Assembly: GCA_038064515.1 (NCBI GenBank)
Contig: JBBTSY010000004.1
Span: 32,585 to 96,584 of the forward strand
Length of the DNA stretch: 64,000 nt
Reading direction: 5' to 3'
From: Patescibacteria group bacterium
GTDB taxonomy: Bacteria; Patescibacteriota; Minisyncoccia; 2-02-FULL-40-12; GWA2-44-9
Position 1 is the first letter of the stretch. Each line of letters begins with the position of its first letter. The notes beneath the pieces were generated by a model. It was not told the origin of the DNA. It did not search any database and saw only the letters and a program-made list of their open reading frames with translations. A program made the position numbers and the translations under genes. This document shows, piece by piece, positions 60,175-64,000 of this stretch.

Positions 60175-61250
60175 TAAGTATGCTTGGATATGTTCAATAT
60201 AATACCGATACCGCTCAAGAGCGCGAGCGTTGCGGTACCGCCATAGCTCACAAAAGGAAGCGGTAGACCGGTAAGAGGCCCCAGGCCGGTTACTGCGGCA
60301 ATATTAATAAACACTTGCACCACGATCCAAGTAGCGATTCCCATCACATAAAGCTTAGCGAATTTATCAGGCGCTTTTTTCGCAATCTGCGCCATGAAGA
60401 AAGCAAGTAATAAAAATAGGGATATAAGGACACCTGCCCCGATTAATCCTAATTCCTCCACAATTACGGCGAATATCGAATCTCCCACTGCTTCAGGCAG
60501 AAAACCGAACTTTTGAGTGCTCTTCCCGAAGCCGACGCCAAAAACTCCACCAGAACCGATCGCAATTAGGGACTGATTGAGTTGGTAAGAAATGCCTCGC
60601 GGGTCAAAAGAAGGATTCAAAAAAGTCTTCACGCGATTCAGTCGATAGGGCGCTAAGAAAATCAGTCCCCCACCGATGAGCAAACCGATAAGGATCATGA
60701 TAGCAAAGTCTTTCCAGCGCACTCCAGCCACCAGGTAAACTCCCAGCGCTATCGCGACAACAATAATAAGCGTTCCCAAATCCGGCTGGAGCATCAGTAA
60801 TAAGCCAATAAATCCAACTACCAGAAAGAATGGAATGATTCCATATGTCCAATTTTTTATCCTATCATTGCGCCCCCCAAACCAGGCGGCAAAATAAATG
60901 ACAAGGGCCAGTTTAATAAATTCCGCGGGCTGAAACGTTTGTCCGAAAACTTTGATCCAGCTCTGCGCATTATTGATTTTCAATCCCACTCCCGGAACAA
61001 ACACAAGAATCATGAAAGCCAAGGCTCCAAAGAGAATTGGCAAAGAAAATTTACGCCAATATTTATAGTCAATTTTTGACAAAATTACCATCACGAGGAG
61101 ACCGGGCACTACCGCAAATAAGAACTGGTGTTTTACGAAAAAATATGCGGAACCGAATTGCTTTCCCCCCTCGATAATCCCCGCTGAAGATAGCGCGACG
61201 AGCCCAAACGCTATCAGTGTAATGGTCGTCCAGAGTAGCTTCTTATCCAT
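60174..61250 (-). CDS. ftsW: SEDS protein FtsW
   Basis: FQPAEFIK, QPDLGT, GSGG, DSIFAVIVEELG, LPFVSYGG; follows mraY. Confidence 0.9.
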   Translation of the reverse strand: MDKKLLWTTITLIAFGLVALSSAGIIEGGKQFGSAYFFVKHQFLFAVVPGLLVMVILSKIDYKYWRKFSLPILFGALAFMILVFVPGVGLKINNAQSWIKVFGQTFQPAEFIKLALVIYFAAWFGGRNDRIKNWTYGIIPFFLVVGFIGLLLMLQPDLGTLIIVVAIALGVYLVAGVRWKDFAIMILIGLLIGGGLIFLAPYRLNRVKTFLNPSFDPRGISYQLNQSLIAIGSGGVFGVGFGKSTQKFGFLPEAVGDSIFAVIVEELGLIGAGVLISLFLLLAFFMAQIAKKAPDKFAKLYVMGIATWIVVQVFINIAAVTGLGPLTGLPLPFVSYGGTATLALLSGIGIILNISKHT

Positions 61251-62321
61251 TTAGAAGATATTTTTTATCTTCGAATCGACAAGGAAAATAATCAGACCTA
61301 CGACAGCGCCTAGAGCACTAATCATCCAGAATCGCATCGTCACTTGTGTTTCAGGCCACCCGAGAGCTTCAAAATGATGATGAATCGGCGTGGAAAAGAA
61401 AATTTTCTTGTTGCGGATTTTCTTTGAAATCATCTGAATGATTACGGACAGTGATTCGGCAAAAAAGATGACGGCAATAATCGGAAGCAAAAACGGAGTA
61501 TCCGTCAGCATAGCCACGGCACCGACAGTAAAGCCCAATGCCATAACGCCCGTATCACCCATGAAGAACTTTGCAGGATAAATATTGTACCAGAGAAAAC
61601 CCACTAACGCTCCCATGATGGCCGCCATGAACGTCGTCATATCCATCATGGTTTGGTCAAAAGTAATAGCCGCCAAAGCGCCAAAAATCGTCATGAACAC
61701 CCCTCCCGACAAACCGTCTAAACCATCGGTCTCATTGGCAGAGAATGCGGTCGCCACGATCACCAGAATGAAAAAAGGAATATACCACCAGCCCAGAAAT
61801 ACCGTACCGAGAAATGGCACAGCTACGCTAACATGGCCAAGCTTATAGTAGAACCACCAAGCACCAAGCAACGCAACGATTGTATAAAACAATAAGCGGC
61901 GACGCATCGAGAATCCACCACGTTTCATAACACCTAGGATATCATCAACCAAACCGACGAGACCGGCAAATATCAAGAATCCGAGCGGCAACAGCGTCTC
62001 CTTTCGAGAAAGAAAATTAAACTGATCCCAAATACCGTTAAAGAATCGAGACATCAGCCAGGATACTCCGGTAATAACGGTAACGGTAATCCAGATTGGT
62101 AGCCCGCCCATGGTCGGAGTTCCTTCTTTCTTTTTATGGAAAGACATGAAGACCGGCGCGTTGGTTCTTTCAATTTCCTTGCCAGGTTTAAAACGCTTCT
62201 GCAGAACTTTAAGCCAGAAATGGGTAATAACGATATTGAGAGCAAATGCTATTACACCAACGCCGAAAATCCGAACGACGTTGAAGATATTAAATTGATC
62301 AAGACTTATAACAACATCCAT
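61251..62321 (-). CDS. mraY: Phospho-MurNAc-pentapeptide transferase
   Basis: KKEGTPTMGG, DD, NETDGLDGL, FMGDTG, PIHHHFE. Confidence 0.97.
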   Translation of the reverse strand: MDVVISLDQFNIFNVVRIFGVGVIAFALNIVITHFWLKVLQKRFKPGKEIERTNAPVFMSFHKKKEGTPTMGGLPIWITVTVITGVSWLMSRFFNGIWDQFNFLSRKETLLPLGFLIFAGLVGLVDDILGVMKRGGFSMRRRLLFYTIVALLGAWWFYYKLGHVSVAVPFLGTVFLGWWYIPFFILVIVATAFSANETDGLDGLSGGVFMTIFGALAAITFDQTMMDMTTFMAAIMGALVGFLWYNIYPAKFFMGDTGVMALGFTVGAVAMLTDTPFLLPIIAVIFFAESLSVIIQMISKKIRNKKIFFSTPIHHHFEALGWPETQVTMRFWMISALGAVVGLIIFLVDSKIKNIF

Positions 62322-62614
62322 CCTCACAACTCACCGAGCCTCTGCAAGGCTGTCTTTCAGCCTACGCTTGAGCCCGGATAAGGCATTAGTACGTAATTTC
62401 AAGTTATGTTCTCGTGCCAAAGCATCAGCCTTGCTTTTGTATGCTTCAAAATACACTAGTTCATACGGCCCTCGATTTTTAGTAGCAGTACTCATGTTGG
62501 CGTTGTGTTCTATGATTCTTTTGGCTACATTTTGTGTGTAGCCAATATAGATTACTTTATTTCGTTTACTTTCAAGGATATAGACATAGAACATAAGGCT
62601 CGGTGAGTGTAAGG
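62322..62614. mobile_element. Start-codon palindromic element, subtype 1, carrying a GIY-YIG nuclease
   Basis: IRs CCTCACAACTCACCGAGCC / GGCTCGGTGAGTGTAAGG; ATCCAT repeats at 62316-62321 and 62615-62620. Confidence 0.88.
62331..62594 (-). CDS. Small GIY-YIG nuclease (87 aa)
   Basis: MFYVYILES...IYIGYTQNVAKRIIEHN...LVYFEAY...ALAREHNLK. Confidence 0.92.
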   Translation of the reverse strand: MFYVYILESKRNKVIYIGYTQNVAKRIIEHNANMSTATKNRGPYELVYFEAYKSKADALAREHNLKLRTNALSGLKRRLKDSLAEAR

Positions 62615-62625
62615 ATCCATAATAA

Positions 62626-63585
62626 TTATTCCCAGCGATAGGCATCAGTGATCCAGTCGACAAGCTTGCGCGTATCGCCAAAACGATCCTTTGACCCCAG
62701 GATGATACTGACAATCTTATCACGATAACCGGGAATATCGACAATCAAGATCATGGATCCCAGCGCCGCATCGGTGTAGCCGGTCTTCCCGCCGGAGATA
62801 TTGGGAATTGTGCCCAACAGCTCGTTGGTATTTTCGATAGAATGCACGATAGCTCCGTCTTCGGAAGTGAGAACAATTTCCTTCACCTGCAATAACGTCC
62901 AAATTTCATTGTACCGGAGAGCGTAAACCACCAGCCTTACAAGATCTTGCGTGGTAGAGTAACCATTGTCATTTAATCCAGCCGGATCAAGAAATAGGGA
63001 CTCGCCCATGGCGATTTGTTCGGCTTTTTTGTTCATTTCGGCAAGAAAATCGATGCCTAGAGTCTTTGCATGCGCCGCGATAGCGTACGCCGCATCATTT
63101 GATGATTCGATGAGCATCATCTTCATAAGGTTCTTGATGCGCATTTGTTCGCCTGCTTCCAAACTCCTGCGCAATCCGTCGACTCGCACCGAATCTTTTC
63201 CAACAGTTGCGATATCCTCCGGGTTAAGTTTTTCAATAGTCACAATAGCACTCAAAATTTTTGTTAAAGAAGCAATCGGAAGGCGCTTTTTCGTATCTTG
63301 CGCAAAAAGAAATCGTGAGGATTGAGTATCATAGACAATGGCCGATCGTGCCGTCAATTCCGGACGTTTCCGGCTCGAATCCAGAAAAGGAATATAAGAA
63401 GTTTCGGAAGCGGGAAATACATAGGCAAAAGCCTCATTGGAGATGGCTTTTTGGTCTTGCTTTAGAACGGTTGGCTCGTCCTGGGGCTGTTCGGCATTAA
63501 TAACCCGAAACAAGTTAATTCCCGCGATAGCGAGAACAAGAACTGCCACTACCGAAACCGTAGATTGTACTGAAAGCCGTTTCAT
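62626..63585 (-). CDS. D-alanyl-D-alanine carboxypeptidase (S11)
   Basis: ASLTK, SSNDAA, KTGYT. Confidence 0.93.
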   Translation of the reverse strand: MKRLSVQSTVSVVAVLVLAIAGINLFRVINAEQPQDEPTVLKQDQKAISNEAFAYVFPASETSYIPFLDSSRKRPELTARSAIVYDTQSSRFLFAQDTKKRLPIASLTKILSAIVTIEKLNPEDIATVGKDSVRVDGLRRSLEAGEQMRIKNLMKMMLIESSNDAAYAIAAHAKTLGIDFLAEMNKKAEQIAMGESLFLDPAGLNDNGYSTTQDLVRLVVYALRYNEIWTLLQVKEIVLTSEDGAIVHSIENTNELLGTIPNISGGKTGYTDAALGSMILIVDIPGYRDKIVSIILGSKDRFGDTRKLVDWITDAYRWE

Positions 63586-64000
63586 TTTTTGATATCCAAA
63601 TTCAGCTCTTTAAGCTGTTTCGGTGAAATTACGGAAGGACTTTCCATCATAAGATCGCGGGCGTCACCAGTTTTGGGAAACGCAATTACTTCGCGGATAT
63701 TGGGCTCATTGTGAAGGAGAGATACAAGACGATCAAAGCCCCAGGCAATTCCACCATGCGGCGGAGTTCCATGCCGAAATGCCGTAAGCATGTGGCCAAA
63801 ATTTGATTCAATTTTTTCATTTTCAAGGCCCATGATTTCAAAAACCTTTTTTAATGCTTCGGCGCGATGATTGCGAATACTGCCGCCGCCGATCTCTAGG
63901 CCGTTGAGTACGACATCGTATTGCGAGGTAAGAATGTCGCCGATATTATTTTTACCCATCAAATCCGACATATATTCAGGCTTAGGCGCGGAAAACGGAT
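63582..64000 (-). CDS. aspS: Aspartyl-tRNA synthetase, C-terminal part (runs off window)
   Basis: YDVVLNGLEIGGGSIR, PPHGGIAWGFDRL, IREVIAFPK. Confidence 0.93.
   Translation of the reverse strand, partial: PFSAPKPEYMSDLMGKNNIGDILTSQYDVVLNGLEIGGGSIRNHRAEALKKVFEIMGLENEKIESNFGHMLTAFRHGTPPHGGIAWGFDRLVSLLHNEPNIREVIAFPKTGDARDLMMESPSVISPKQLKELNLDIKK

Noticed and set aside
62595-62744. Extended N termini in the ORF track (62744 GIY-YIG, 41742 holB, 33166 greA, 47695, 24783, 32633 lysS, 11818 murB)
   Set aside because: Extensions run through inserted elements, terminators or neighbouring genes; family-like sequence begins at the downstream ATG
1-64000. CRISPR array, cas, retron/DGR, prophage or transposase genes
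   Set aside because: No regularly spaced repeats and no recognisable RT, Cas, integrase, transposase or phage motifs in the ORFs

Overview
Mostly core chromosome of a small-genome bacterium using standard code 11. Gene content (short DnaX, FtsQ-like protein, stand-alone VirD4/HerA-like ATPase, ArnT/PMT glycosyltransferases, archaeal-type ProRS, presenilin-like protease, half-size MFS) suggests Patescibacteria/CPR (Parcubacteria-like); this is an inference. The window holds sugar/glycogen genes, tRNA-Gln with a small accessory island, a few pseudogenes, and translation, replication/repair and cell-wall operons. Main discovery: four palindromic insertion elements sit exactly on host start codons (a hypothetical gene, greA, an O-antigen ligase-like gene, mraY). 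Each is flanked by a duplicated ATG(A/G)A(T), so the host gene keeps an intact start. One carries a GIY-YIG nuclease, and two encode relay uORFs that stop overlapping the restored ATG. A second GIY-YIG gene is flanked by a 9-bp direct repeat. Also present are an apparently non-coding, highly structured transcription unit (28.5-28.97 kb), a two-copy MITE family and a four-helix-bundle gene remnant within heptamer-like repeats. All calls were read by eye; no searches were run.
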